In this document: in pieces, positions 18,712 through 27,907 of the stretch
Layout: each line of letters starts with the position of its first letter
How positions within the stretch are numbered: the first letter of the stretch is position 1
Assembly (NCBI GenBank): GCA_963844645.1
Contig: CAWJPC010000001.1
Coordinates: 494,843 to 558,842, forward strand
DNA length: 64,000 nt
Origin: an uncultured Acidobacteriota bacterium
GTDB lineage: Bacteria > Acidobacteriota > Terriglobia > Acidiferrales > UBA7541
Reading direction: 5' to 3'
Program-made: the position numbers and the translations under genes
Notes under the pieces: generated by a model
Databases searched by the model: none
Told to the model about the DNA's origin: nothing
The model's input: only the letters and a program-made list of their open reading frames with translations

Positions 18712-19957
18712 CTAACTTCCGCCGAAAGCGCGCTTGAGTTTCGACCAGAAACCGCCCTTCTTTTGAGGTGCGGAGACGGGCTGAACGGTCGGCGTCGTTG
18801 TCGAGGTAGTCATCGCATCGGACGGCGCAACGGTCGTGGCAGGTGCTGGCGGGTTGGTTGTAGTTGGCGCAGGATTCGGGTTCGACGGCGCCGGAGCGTT
18901 AGGCGCGGGCTTGGAAGCGGATACGGGCTTCACGGTTGGCTGGTTCGCGAATGAACTCGAACCCGGGAGGCTGCACGTGACCGGCAAACTGCCACTCCGG
19001 CTCGACGTGCACGGTGCGGACGAGTAGCGCAACCTCGTTCGCGGTGTCCTCCGGCGCTTGCGGCTCGCTCGCGGAAAATACGAGCGGTGGCCCGATGATT
19101 TTGTAATCCGGCACCTCGGACGGGGCGAGCGGCTTCGGCGGCTCGGCCGGTTTCGCCTGCGGCGCCACCGGGTGCGCGTCGTTGTTCAGTTGCAACGCGT
19201 GCAGCGTCACGTCCTGCTGCTGGACCGGGATGTTGCTGGGCGGCGGATTGTTCGCGGCGACTTCGGGAGCTTCGGGCGCCGGCGCTGGATGCCCAGTAAT
19301 TCCGAGGACAGGAATTACCGGCGGTGGCGCGGACTTTTTCGCGACCATCAACGCGCAGTCACAGCCACCAGGCGTTCCGGCGACGGGGACGAGTTTCCCG
19401 TTTGCGAGAAAGAATTCGCCGGACTGCGGGACGATCAAGTCCTCCCCGGTGAATTGCTGCTCGAGCCGCAGCGCGCCGCTGGTGGCGCGAACACAGAGCG
19501 AGTCGTTCAGGTCGAGGCCGGCGGTCACGTCGCGCTGGTTGCCGCTGATGTCGATCGGCGTCGCCACTATCGTCGGCGTGAAGATGCGCAGCGGAGTCGC
19601 CGACGGCAACAGCACATGCACGCGGCCGAAATTGAGAGCGAGGGTGATCGAGCCGCCGCTCACCAGCAGCGTGAATTTTGCCGGTCCGCATATGTCGACC
19701 TGGCCGCCGCTGGCGAGGATCATGTGCGCGCTGCCGGAGTGCACGGTCACGACGCTGCCGTTCGAAACGTAGATCGCCGGCGAGTTCGTCGCCGAATCGA
19801 GCGGCGCCGTGACGCCGCTATCGACCGAAATGTCGTAGCCGGACACGCGGCCAATCGTGCCGGGAGGTGGCGCATCATCCTGCGCTAGTGCGAGGCCCGC
19901 GGCGCACGCAAACGCTAGACACAGAAGCACTGAGCTCACGGAGACGAAGCGCAACAT
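18712..19957 (-). pseudogene. hypothetical secreted protein (FecR-like beta-rich N-domain, Pro/Ala/Thr-rich tail), apparent frame break near 18952
   Basis: Signal-like MLRFVSVSSVLLCLAFACAAGLALA. The C-terminal tail (ANQPTVKPVSASKPAPNAP...GGFWSKLKRAFGGS) continues in the frame of the 18712 ORF if t18952 is removed. The function call is weak. Confidence 0.45.
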
Positions 19958-20171
19958 ATCGCGCCGAAACGCGCGCTGAAAACCGTGCCGCACGAATTGT
20001 TGCAGGGAGTACACCAGGACGCCGACTCGACTTGTACCCTTTATTCTATACCGTACACTGCGGCCCGCATCGAGCCACTTGTTCTGTTTGCCTTTACTTA
20101 GATGCTTGCAATCGGGCGGCCAGCCGTCCGCAGTTTCGGCTGCGGAACGGCTCCGCCTATACTAGTTCGCC

Positions 20172-21011
20172 GTGACCGACGATCCCAAACCCATCCTCGA
20201 CCTGCCCCCTGCCTCCGCGCCCGGCGTTGCTCAACCATCAGGGGACGCTGACGCCATTCCGATGCCGCAGCTTTCGTTCTGGCGCAGGATGCAGATTCCG
20301 GTCATCGCCGCCGCAGTATATAGCGTGATTCGCCTGATCGGCCCCACGCTCCGCGTCGAGATCGTCGGCATCCAGCACGCCGCGCAACTTCGCGACAAAA
20401 GCAAAGCCGGTATCGGCGTCTTCTGGCATCGCTGCATTTTTCCAGCCGCATGGATTTGGCGCAATCGCGGCATCGTGGTTATGAACACCGTTAATTTTGA
20501 CGGACAGTGGACCCGAAAGGTTATCGAGTGGCTTGGATTTGGTACGGCGCAGGGAAGTTCGTCACGCGGCGGGATGGCCGGACTTACCGCGCTGGCGCAG
20601 AAGTTGGGGGAAGGGAAGCACGTTGCATTCACAGTAGACGGTCCGCGTGGCCCACGCTACGTGGCAAAACCGGGGCCAGTGATCCTGGCGCGGCGGATGC
20701 ATTGTCCCATTTCGGTATTTCATATCGGCGTTGAACGCGGCTACACGATCAAGAAATCGTGGGACCTGTTCAAAATTCCAATGCCCTTCTCACGCGCGGT
20801 GATGATCTTCGCGCCCCTGATTCGAATGAAGCCGGACGGCGGCGGCGACGACTTGAAACTGACGCTGGCGGAGATGCAATCCGCGCTCGAACGCGTGCGA
20901 GACGATGCCGAAGCCTGGTTCGCGATGACCGAAGACGAGAAGAGCGATGTGCGCGACGAGTACGCGGGGCGCGATCGCGGCGCATCGCGGCAGAAACACA
21001 CGCATCACTAA
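20172..21011 (+). CDS. DUF374 / lysophospholipid acyltransferase-like protein
   Basis: GTG start. Segments GVFWHRCIF, AFTVDGPRGPRY and VILARRMHCPI are typical of DUF374. Confidence 0.7.
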   Translation: MTDDPKPILDLPPASAPGVAQPSGDADAIPMPQLSFWRRMQIPVIAAAVYSVIRLIGPTLRVEIVGIQHAAQLRDKSKAGIGVFWHRCIFPAAWIWRNRGIVVMNTVNFDGQWTRKVIEWLGFGTAQGSSSRGGMAGLTALAQKLGEGKHVAFTVDGPRGPRYVAKPGPVILARRMHCPISVFHIGVERGYTIKKSWDLFKIPMPFSRAVMIFAPLIRMKPDGGGDDLKLTLAEMQSALERVRDDAEAWFAMTEDEKSDVRDEYAGRDRGASRQKHTHH

Positions 21012-21033
21012 CACGCAGCGATGCCGAGTCGAC

Positions 21034-22179
21034 TTAGGTCGTCCCGAGCTTTACAGGAACGTCCATGCGCTTGCCATCACGGATGATGGTGAGTGTGACC
21101 GTGTCCCCGGGCTGCGACCGATTCAGCAACAAGTTTAAATCCATCTGAGACGTGATTTCCTTGCCGTCTATCGCGATCACCACGTCGCCACCGACGCGCA
21201 ATTCCTGCAAACCCAGAATCGTTTTCGAGCCGCCGCGGATTCCAGCGATGGCGGCGGGACCGCCGGGCGTGACTTTCTCGATCAGGATTCCGGATTTCAC
21301 GGGGAGCTTCAGGTAGTCGGCGAGCTGTGGCCACAGTGGCCGGCCTTCGGCGCCCAGCGAGGCGCGGCGAACGTGGCCATATTGAATCAAGTCCTGCGCC
21401 ACGCGTCGGGCGGTGTTGATCGGAATCGCAAAACCGATGCCGGCGGTGGTGCCATTCGGTGCGTAGATCGCGCTGTTGATGCCGATCACCTGGCCGTGCG
21501 AATCGAGCAGAGGGCCGCCGGAATTTCCACGGTTGATGGCGGCGTCGGTTTGGATGGCTTCGTCAATGAAAGTGGTATCGCTGGTTTGCACGGTACGGCC
21601 AAGTGCGCTGATGATTCCGGTGGTGAGCGTACTCGAAAATCCGAAGGGATTGCCGATGGCCAGCGCGCGCTGTCCTACCACCAGGTTGCGCGAATCGCCG
21701 AGCGTGAGCGGGGTGAAGTTGTGTCCCTTCGCATCGATCTGAATTAGAGCGATGTCGTTGCGCGGATCGGCGCCGATGAGCTTTGCCGTTTCACGCGTTT
21801 GATCCCCGAGCGTGACTTCAATTTGCTGGGCACCCTGCACGACGTGATTGTTCGTGAGAATGTGCCCGTCCTTGTCGATCAAGAAGCCGGAGCCGGCGCC
21901 TTCGACCGGGACGGGGTTGTAGAAGAAATCATATTCCACGGTGCGCGTGACGATGTTCGCGACGGACGGCGACGCCTCGCGATAGATCCGAACGTTTTCG
22001 TTTTCTGTGGGATCGAGGCCCGTCTCCGTGCCCGTGGGCGGCAGATGAACGGCGTTCACCGTCGTTGGGGTCAAGCGCGGACCGAAGTGCGTACCGGCCC
22101 AATACGCGGCGAGGCCGATGATCAATCCGACGCCGAGAAGGCGCAGCGCACGACTGGAGTTTTGCGGGCGCGGTGGCAT
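21034..22179 (-). CDS. HtrA/DegP-family serine protease with PDZ domain
   Basis: Catalytic triad contexts HILTNNHVV, NDIALIQI and GNSGGPLL. C-terminal PDZ-like region. N-terminal membrane anchor. Confidence 0.9.
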   Translation of the reverse strand: MPPRPQNSSRALRLLGVGLIIGLAAYWAGTHFGPRLTPTTVNAVHLPPTGTETGLDPTENENVRIYREASPSVANIVTRTVEYDFFYNPVPVEGAGSGFLIDKDGHILTNNHVVQGAQQIEVTLGDQTRETAKLIGADPRNDIALIQIDAKGHNFTPLTLGDSRNLVVGQRALAIGNPFGFSSTLTTGIISALGRTVQTSDTTFIDEAIQTDAAINRGNSGGPLLDSHGQVIGINSAIYAPNGTTAGIGFAIPINTARRVAQDLIQYGHVRRASLGAEGRPLWPQLADYLKLPVKSGILIEKVTPGGPAAIAGIRGGSKTILGLQELRVGGDVVIAIDGKEITSQMDLNLLLNRSQPGDTVTLTIIRDGKRMDVPVKLGTT

Positions 22180-22244
22180 GAGGGGCAGTTTAGCAAATTA
22201 CGTGGTCAAAATGAGTTAGCGCTATGCGGATATGCAGCGCCGCG

Positions 22245-23445
22245 TCATTTCCGCGGCAGTTGCGCGCTGCCGCGGCCGGTGATTGTGCGGATGAAATTCA
22301 CTTCGTCGGCGCTGTAGGGCGTGCCGTTCGTGCGGAAGATGTCGTGGAACCACATCGCAGGTTGCCGATTGGTGTAGGGATGTTTGCCACGAGTCCCACG
22401 GTAGCGTGGTTTGCGTTTTTCCCTCGACCAGGCCCCAGTTGAACGCGGCGACATTGTATTTTTTCGCGATCGGCAGCGTTCCCTGAAATGTTGAGCCGTT
22501 CGATCGCGCCATGTACTCGGTACAAATTAACGGGCGGTGATAGGGCAGGAGAGAAGTAACGCGGCTTTCGAACGATTCAGGCTTGTCATAGTTGTGGAAC
22601 GAAATGACGTCGGAGAGTTCGATCTGCTCGCGCGGAACGCCGTCGAGTTTCTCCAGCGGAGCCCATTCCCCTTTCCAAAGCCCGCTGGTGAGCGGTTGCG
22701 TTGGGTTCGCTGAACGGGCCCAATCGAAAACCTGCGGCAGCAGCTTTGCGACGATCTCAACTTTGTTCGCCGGGTCGGGATAGTTGCCGTCGTTGGTGTT
22801 GTCCGGTTCGTTCCAAACGTCCCAGCCCAGCACGCGAGAATCTCTCGCAAACGCTCCGACGACGCCTTTCACGTATGCTTCGAGGCGTGGGTACTGCGCC
22901 GGATCTTCCAGCGCTTTTGCGCCGGGGCTCTGTACCCAGCCGGAATTATGGACACCCGGACGCGGCGCACGTTGCGGGCCGAGCTGCGGATTGGGATCCC
23001 AGCAAGAGTCAAACAGAACGAACAGAATCTTGATGTGATGCTTCGCAGCGATTGCCAGAAACGTATCGATGCGCTTCTGAAAACCGGCAGGATCCTGCTG
23101 CCACACGAGATCGTGCAGGAACACGCGCATCGCATTCAGGCCAATCGATTCCGCCCAGCCGAACTCGACGTCGATGCGCTTCGGATCAAAGGTGGCGGCT
23201 TGCCACATCTCCAGCTCGTTGATTGCGTTCGACGGGATGTAATTGCTGCCGACGTACCACGGCTGCGCGGCATACCAATCGCTGGCCTGCTTTTCGGTCC
23301 AGCGCGCCGTGCGCGCTTCAGCGGGCGGCGCGATAGTGCTATGGCGTGCGGTCGAGGGCGCCGGCGCGGCAGGCGAGAGTTTTGCCACGAGTGCGACTGC
23401 GATAATGGCGACGGCGGTAAAGTTGACGGCGATTCGCGTTCGCAT
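22245..23445 (-). pseudogene. clan GH-A glycoside hydrolase (GH5-like), frame broken by one extra base near 22389 as sequenced
   Basis: Signal peptide and the acid/base motif WDVWNEPDN. Removing the base at 22389 joins ...TTLPWDS to GKHPYTNRQPAMWFHDIFRTNGTPYSADEVNFIRTITG (frame of the 22245 ORF). Confidence 0.75.
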
Positions 23446-23461
23446 GAGCGGATGAAGGCGG

Positions 23462-24085
23462 CTAGGACGGTTTCTGCGGCGGAGCGGACCCGCGCTTCAA
23501 TTTTGCCAAAGCGGACGCGACGAGGCGCTCGGTTTCTTCGATCGTGCCGGAGCAATCGATGGTGGCGTCGGCGAGCTTGAGCTTTTCCTCGTTGGGCATT
23601 TGCGCGGCGATGCGTTGCCTTGCTTCGTCCTCGGTGAGGCCGCGTTCGAGCATCCGTTCGAGCTGCTGCTCGGGACGGCACCAACAGACCATCATTTTAT
23701 CGAGCGATTGCGAGAATCCGGATTCGAAGAGCAACGCGGCTTCGACCACCGCGACGTCGGGTGGATCGCTGCTGCGAGCGAGCGCCGCGAACCAATCTTC
23801 GACTACTTTGCGGATGCGCGGGTGAAGAATGGCGTTGAGTACTTTCAACTTTTCGGGCTCGGCAAACACGATTTTGCCGAGCTCGGCGCGGTCGATATTG
23901 CCGTGCTGGTCCAGGACGTCGATGCCGAACGTGGCGACTACTTCTTTGTAGGCGTCCTGACCTTCTTCGAGCAGCTCGTGGCCGATGGTGTCCGCATCGA
24001 GCACCGAGCAGTCTTGCGCCCGCAGCATGGACGCGACGGTGGATTTTCCGGAGGCCATGCCGCCAGTGAGGCCGACGCGGAGCAT
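23462..24085 (-). CDS. coaE: dephospho-CoA kinase
   Basis: P-loop GLTGGMASGKST. The start overlaps the folD stop (TGATG). Confidence 0.9.
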   Translation of the reverse strand: MLRVGLTGGMASGKSTVASMLRAQDCSVLDADTIGHELLEEGQDAYKEVVATFGIDVLDQHGNIDRAELGKIVFAEPEKLKVLNAILHPRIRKVVEDWFAALARSSDPPDVAVVEAALLFESGFSQSLDKMMVCWCRPEQQLERMLERGLTEDEARQRIAAQMPNEEKLKLADATIDCSGTIEETERLVASALAKLKRGSAPPQKPS

Positions 24086-25077
24086 CAGGATTTCGCCGCA
24101 GCCGCGGCGGGGACGAGATTGCCGCGGCGCATGCGTGCGGCACGGACGGTGTTGCTCATTAGCATCGCAATAGTGAGCGGCCCTACGCCGCCGGGAACGG
24201 GGGTGAATGCGCCGGCGACGTTGACCACGCTGGGGTGAACGTCGCCGACAAGCACAGAACCTTTTTTGCGGAAGGTTTCGAGCTTGTCGGGGAAGTCCGC
24301 AAATATTTTCTGCGCTTCGGCGGCGTCTGTGATCACGTTCTGGCCAACGTCGATCACCGCGGCGCCCGGGCGGACGAAATCGGGCGTGACCATAGCTGCC
24401 CGGCCGATTGCGGCGACAACAATGTCCGCGCGGCGCACAGTGCCGGCGAGATCTTTCGTCTTCGAGTGGCAGATCGTAACGGTGGCGTTCGCATGCAGCA
24501 GCAATAGCGCCATCGGTTTGCCGACGATATCACTGCGGCCGATCACGACGGCGTTCGCGCCGTCTGTGGCGATGCCGCCGCGTTTCAAAATCTCCATAAC
24601 GCCGGCGGGTGTGCAGGCAACCAGGCTCGGGCGGCCCGCGACGAGCTTGCCCACGTTGATCGGATGAAAGCCGTCCACGTCCTTTTCCGGCGCGACGGCG
24701 TCGAGAATGCGCTTCGCGTCAATCTGCGGCGGCAAGGGCATCTGGACGAGGATGCCGTCGACATCGTCGCGGCGATTGAGTCCGTCGATCACGGCAAGCA
24801 ATTCGTCGGTCGTGATCGTAGCGGGCGGAGTGAGCAGGAAACTCGCGAGGCCCAGCTTTTCGCAGGCGGCGATTTTGCTGTTTACGTAGAGCTTCGAGGC
24901 GGGATTGTCGCCAACCAGTACAGCAGCGAGGCCGGGGCGAATTCCGGCCGCTGCGAGCGACGCAATTTCAGCGTTCAGCTCGCCGTAAATCTGGTCACGG
25001 ATGGCGTTGCCGTTCAGAATGCTCGCGGACAAGCGGCTTGGCTCCTGAATATTTGGCGTCTGAAGAAACGACATCAT
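24085..25077 (-). CDS. folD: bifunctional 5,10-methylene-THF dehydrogenase / methenyl-THF cyclohydrolase
   Basis: ILNGNAIRDQI..., VLVGDNPAS, GILVQMPLP, VVIGRSDIVGKP and PVPGGVGPLTIAML are typical of FolD. Confidence 0.92.
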   Translation of the reverse strand: MMSFLQTPNIQEPSRLSASILNGNAIRDQIYGELNAEIASLAAAGIRPGLAAVLVGDNPASKLYVNSKIAACEKLGLASFLLTPPATITTDELLAVIDGLNRRDDVDGILVQMPLPPQIDAKRILDAVAPEKDVDGFHPINVGKLVAGRPSLVACTPAGVMEILKRGGIATDGANAVVIGRSDIVGKPMALLLLHANATVTICHSKTKDLAGTVRRADIVVAAIGRAAMVTPDFVRPGAAVIDVGQNVITDAAEAQKIFADFPDKLETFRKKGSVLVGDVHPSVVNVAGAFTPVPGGVGPLTIAMLMSNTVRAARMRRGNLVPAAAAAKS

Positions 25078-25119
25078 AGCACACCGGCGCTCGCCGGATT
25101 TCGCGCGGCAGACGAGGGG

Positions 25120-25551
25120 CTACAGCTGGTCTTTCGTGAATTCGAAGATTCCGCCGCCCGCGTTGTAGTTGCTGTAGCGGAACCAGTGTGGCCGCACGCG
25201 GACCCAGGTGATGTGCGGCCAACTTTCGCGGTCGCGCCCGTCGGCATACGCCGCGAAATAGGTTTGCTTCAGGCGGGCGAGCTCGGCGCCGTGCGGTTCG
25301 TCGGCGATGCCTTCGAGTTGAACGGTGATTTCCTCGTCCCATCCAACCACAAACGCGATGTTGCGTGAGCGGCGCAGGTTGCGGATCTTGCGCGTGGTAT
25401 CCAGGGTGTCGAAAACGATTTCGAGATCGTCGCTGACAGCGATGCCGACAACGGCGGCTTCAGGCTTGCCTTCAGGCGAAACGGTGGAGAGCACGCCGAG
25501 GCGGTGCTTGCGGAGGAAAGCGACAAGCGCGACGCGGTCGGGAGCAGTCAT
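25120..25551 (-). CDS. pyridoxamine 5'-phosphate oxidase-like FMN-binding split-barrel protein
   Basis: 143 aa with LGVLSTVSPEGKPEAAVVG typical of the PNPOx-like fold. Confidence 0.65.
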   Translation of the reverse strand: MTAPDRVALVAFLRKHRLGVLSTVSPEGKPEAAVVGIAVSDDLEIVFDTLDTTRKIRNLRRSRNIAFVVGWDEEITVQLEGIADEPHGAELARLKQTYFAAYADGRDRESWPHITWVRVRPHWFRYSNYNAGGGIFEFTKDQL

Positions 25552-25584
25552 GATTCGAGGAGTATATATCGACGGCGCGAATTG

Positions 25585-26106
25585 CTACTTCGCGGCCGGT
25601 AGCGTGTAGTCGAAGACGTAGGTGTGTTTGCCGCCGGCCGCGATGTCGATATTCATTTTGCCGGCGAGGCCGGTGAGTTCGCCGGTACTGGAGTCGGGGA
25701 CGACTATGATGTTGAGCATCGGAGTGCCGCGGTCCATGGTGGCGTTATGCTGCAGGACGAAGGTGCCTTTGCGGCCGTCCAGCGTGCCGTCGACTTTTTC
25801 GAGCGCCACATAGCCGGCCGAGCCTTTGACTTCACTTTGGAACGCGAGCATCACGCCTTTGCTCGCGGCTTCGAGCGCGCCGTGAAATTGCTTGTCGATG
25901 GACATCGCGCCGAAGGAGGGATCGATGCCTTCGGATTTGAACGAAGTGAGTTTCGGCTCGAAGGGGCCTTTGGCCTGGTGCGTGGTCACGGAGTTCTCCT
26001 TGGAAAAGGGCGTGGCTTGTTGCGCGGCGACGCGTTCGGGCGCGCGCATCCATGTTAACGCGAGCGTGGCGAGAGTGAGTGCGATTAGCGTCGATCTGAT
26101 GTTCAT
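25585..26106 (-). CDS. DUF3224 domain protein with signal peptide
   Basis: Signal MNIRSTLIALTLATLALT. The C-terminal part TFVLQHNATMDRG...VPDSSTGELTGLAGKMNI resembles DUF3224. Confidence 0.6.
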   Translation of the reverse strand: MNIRSTLIALTLATLALTWMRAPERVAAQQATPFSKENSVTTHQAKGPFEPKLTSFKSEGIDPSFGAMSIDKQFHGALEAASKGVMLAFQSEVKGSAGYVALEKVDGTLDGRKGTFVLQHNATMDRGTPMLNIIVVPDSSTGELTGLAGKMNIDIAAGGKHTYVFDYTLPAAK

Positions 26107-26126
26107 GTTGGCTCCGTAAAGTGGAA

Positions 26127-27067
26127 TTATGCAATAAGGACGCTGCTGGGCATCGGGATGTTGTCGGCGTTGCGCGTCCAGGTGCGACCTGAGTCGGCGG
26201 AAACGTGGAGGACTCCGCTCATATCAGCGATCGCTACGTTTGAACCCTGAACCGCGATGCAGCGGGTGTCCACCTTGGCGCCGAGCCACTCAGGCAGTCC
26301 GCCGGTGACGCGAACGAGCGGGCCGTGATCGTCGACGCCTCGGCGATAAAGAGCGCCTTCGGGGATGAATGGATTGATCGACGCGGAGACGAGCACGTCG
26401 TCGCCGACGAATGCAACGGCGGAGCAGTGCGACGCGTGGAGGCCGCGATTATCGACGTCCCATGTGACGCCGCCGTCGGTGCTGATGCAAAGGCCGAGCG
26501 CCGATGCGGCGGCCACGATGTTCGGGCGCGCCGGGTGGAAGCGGACTTCGTGAACGTCGGTTGCGACGTCGATGGTGGGCTGCCACGTGGCGCCGCGATC
26601 GATTGAGCGCGGAATGCCGCCAACGTGGATGTTCGCGAGAACGACGTCGCCGTCGGCAGTGGCAGCGATCGAGCGCACACCGAGAGGCGGCCCGACACGC
26701 TTGCCGTCGACGATGGCGCTGCCTGCGTACCATGTGTCGCGGCCCGTGATCTGATCGAAGCCAGTGAGTTTTTCGATTTTTCCGGTGGCATCAACGCGCA
26801 AGATGGATGGGTCATTCGTGCCGATGTAGATCGCGTCGCCGGTTGCGACGCAACACGCAAGATTTTCGGCGGTCGCGAGCGTAGTCCATGTGCCGCCGGT
26901 CGCGCGGCGCTGGAGCGAGTTGCCATCGACGACGGCTAGCGTGCCGCCGCGGCCGTCGGGCGCCATCGCCTGGATGGAGCGGCCTGCGAGTTCATGATGG
27001 CGCGCCGCACCTATAAAGATATGGAGACCGTCAGCCCAGGTGGATACGAATACCGTCGAGGTCACGT
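26127..27067 (-). CDS. BNR/Asp-box repeat protein (sialidase-like / Ycf48-like beta-propeller)
   Basis: Three Asp-box motifs: SIDRGATW, STDGGVTW and SADSGRTW. Start trimmed to GTG 27065-27067 because the longer ORF overlaps vapC. Confidence 0.65.
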
Positions 27068-27136
27068 CGCCCGTCCTCCAGAGAGGATAACGATTAGTGC
27101 GCGAAATTGTAACGGGCTGCGAGCGGGGAGGATCCT

Positions 27137-27550
27137 TTACACGAAAGGATTCACGATGCGGACGCCGTCGATCTGTCGTTCGTTTTGCATATCTTCTGAG
27201 AGTAGCGTACTGCATCCGGACTGTCTGGCCGATTGCACCACCAAAGCATCCCAGAACGAAAAACCGCGAAGGCGATGAAGATCGATCGCGGCGAGAATGT
27301 CGTCGACGCCGGGAGCCACTACATCGAATTCGGCGAGCAGCTCCACCTTACGGCGGACGATGCCCGGATCGATGTGGAGCCTCTTCGTTGCTGTGACGAA
27401 ATACTCTTGCAGAACCTGGATTGAGAGAACACCCGTTCCTGCGCGGCGATGCTGGGCGATGAGTTCGATCGCTATCTTCTGCTTCGCGCCCGCGTCGCTG
27501 TCGTCCGCGTAGACCAAGACGTTGGTGTCGATGAAACTACGAGCGCTCAT
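27137..27550 (-). CDS. vapC: PIN-domain toxin VapC
   Basis: FIDTNVLVY N-terminus with acidic PIN residues. 14-nt overlap with the upstream antitoxin gene. Confidence 0.85.
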   Translation of the reverse strand: MSARSFIDTNVLVYADDSDAGAKQKIAIELIAQHRRAGTGVLSIQVLQEYFVTATKRLHIDPGIVRRKVELLAEFDVVAPGVDDILAAIDLHRLRGFSFWDALVVQSARQSGCSTLLSEDMQNERQIDGVRIVNPFV

Positions 27551-27758
27551 GAATTTCGTCGCGATTAAAGCGCCATCCGCGCGAGTGTCCTCGGCCCGAG
27601 AGACGCTTGAACTCCTCGATGCTGCGTTCGGGGTCGTCGCTCCCTGCCAGCTTCTCTAGGTAGTCCCGAATCAGCTGGTTCAGGCTCTTTCCCATCGCGG
27701 CGGCCTTTTTGCGGGCGCTGGCGAGCACTTGTTCGTCTACTGAGAGCGTAACATTCAT
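27537..27758 (-). CDS. type II antitoxin (VapB-like, ribbon-helix-helix type)
   Basis: About 73 aa, MNVTLSVDEQVLASARKKAAAMGKSLNQLIRDYLEKL. Overlaps the vapC start. Confidence 0.7.
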   Translation of the reverse strand: MNVTLSVDEQVLASARKKAAAMGKSLNQLIRDYLEKLAGSDDPERSIEEFKRLSGRGHSRGWRFNRDEIHERS

Positions 27759-27836
27759 CAACACAGTATATGTGCGCACAGGTTATGTGTCAAGACGCGA
27801 CCGTTACGCCCCTCAGCAGCGCTACTTAAAACACAA

Positions 27837-27862
27837 ACGCCCGAGCCGTGAGGCCCGGGCGT
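27837..27862 (-). terminator. stem-loop flanked by T/A-runs downstream of the RNase E/G gene (bidirectional intrinsic terminator candidate)
   Basis: acgcccg...cgggcgt stem with an inner gcc/ggc pairing. On the minus strand it is followed by tttgtgtttt; on the plus strand by tcgttgttttt. Confidence 0.5.
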
Positions 27863-27907
27863 CGTTGTTTTTGCGGAGATGGAAACGGCTCGCAGCGAAG
27901 CTGCGGG

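Noticed and set aside
27068-27215. N-terminal 50 codons of the 362-aa BNR-protein ORF
   Set aside because: It overlaps the 3' end of vapC in another frame and is Arg-rich. The conserved-looking sequence begins at GTG 27065-27067.
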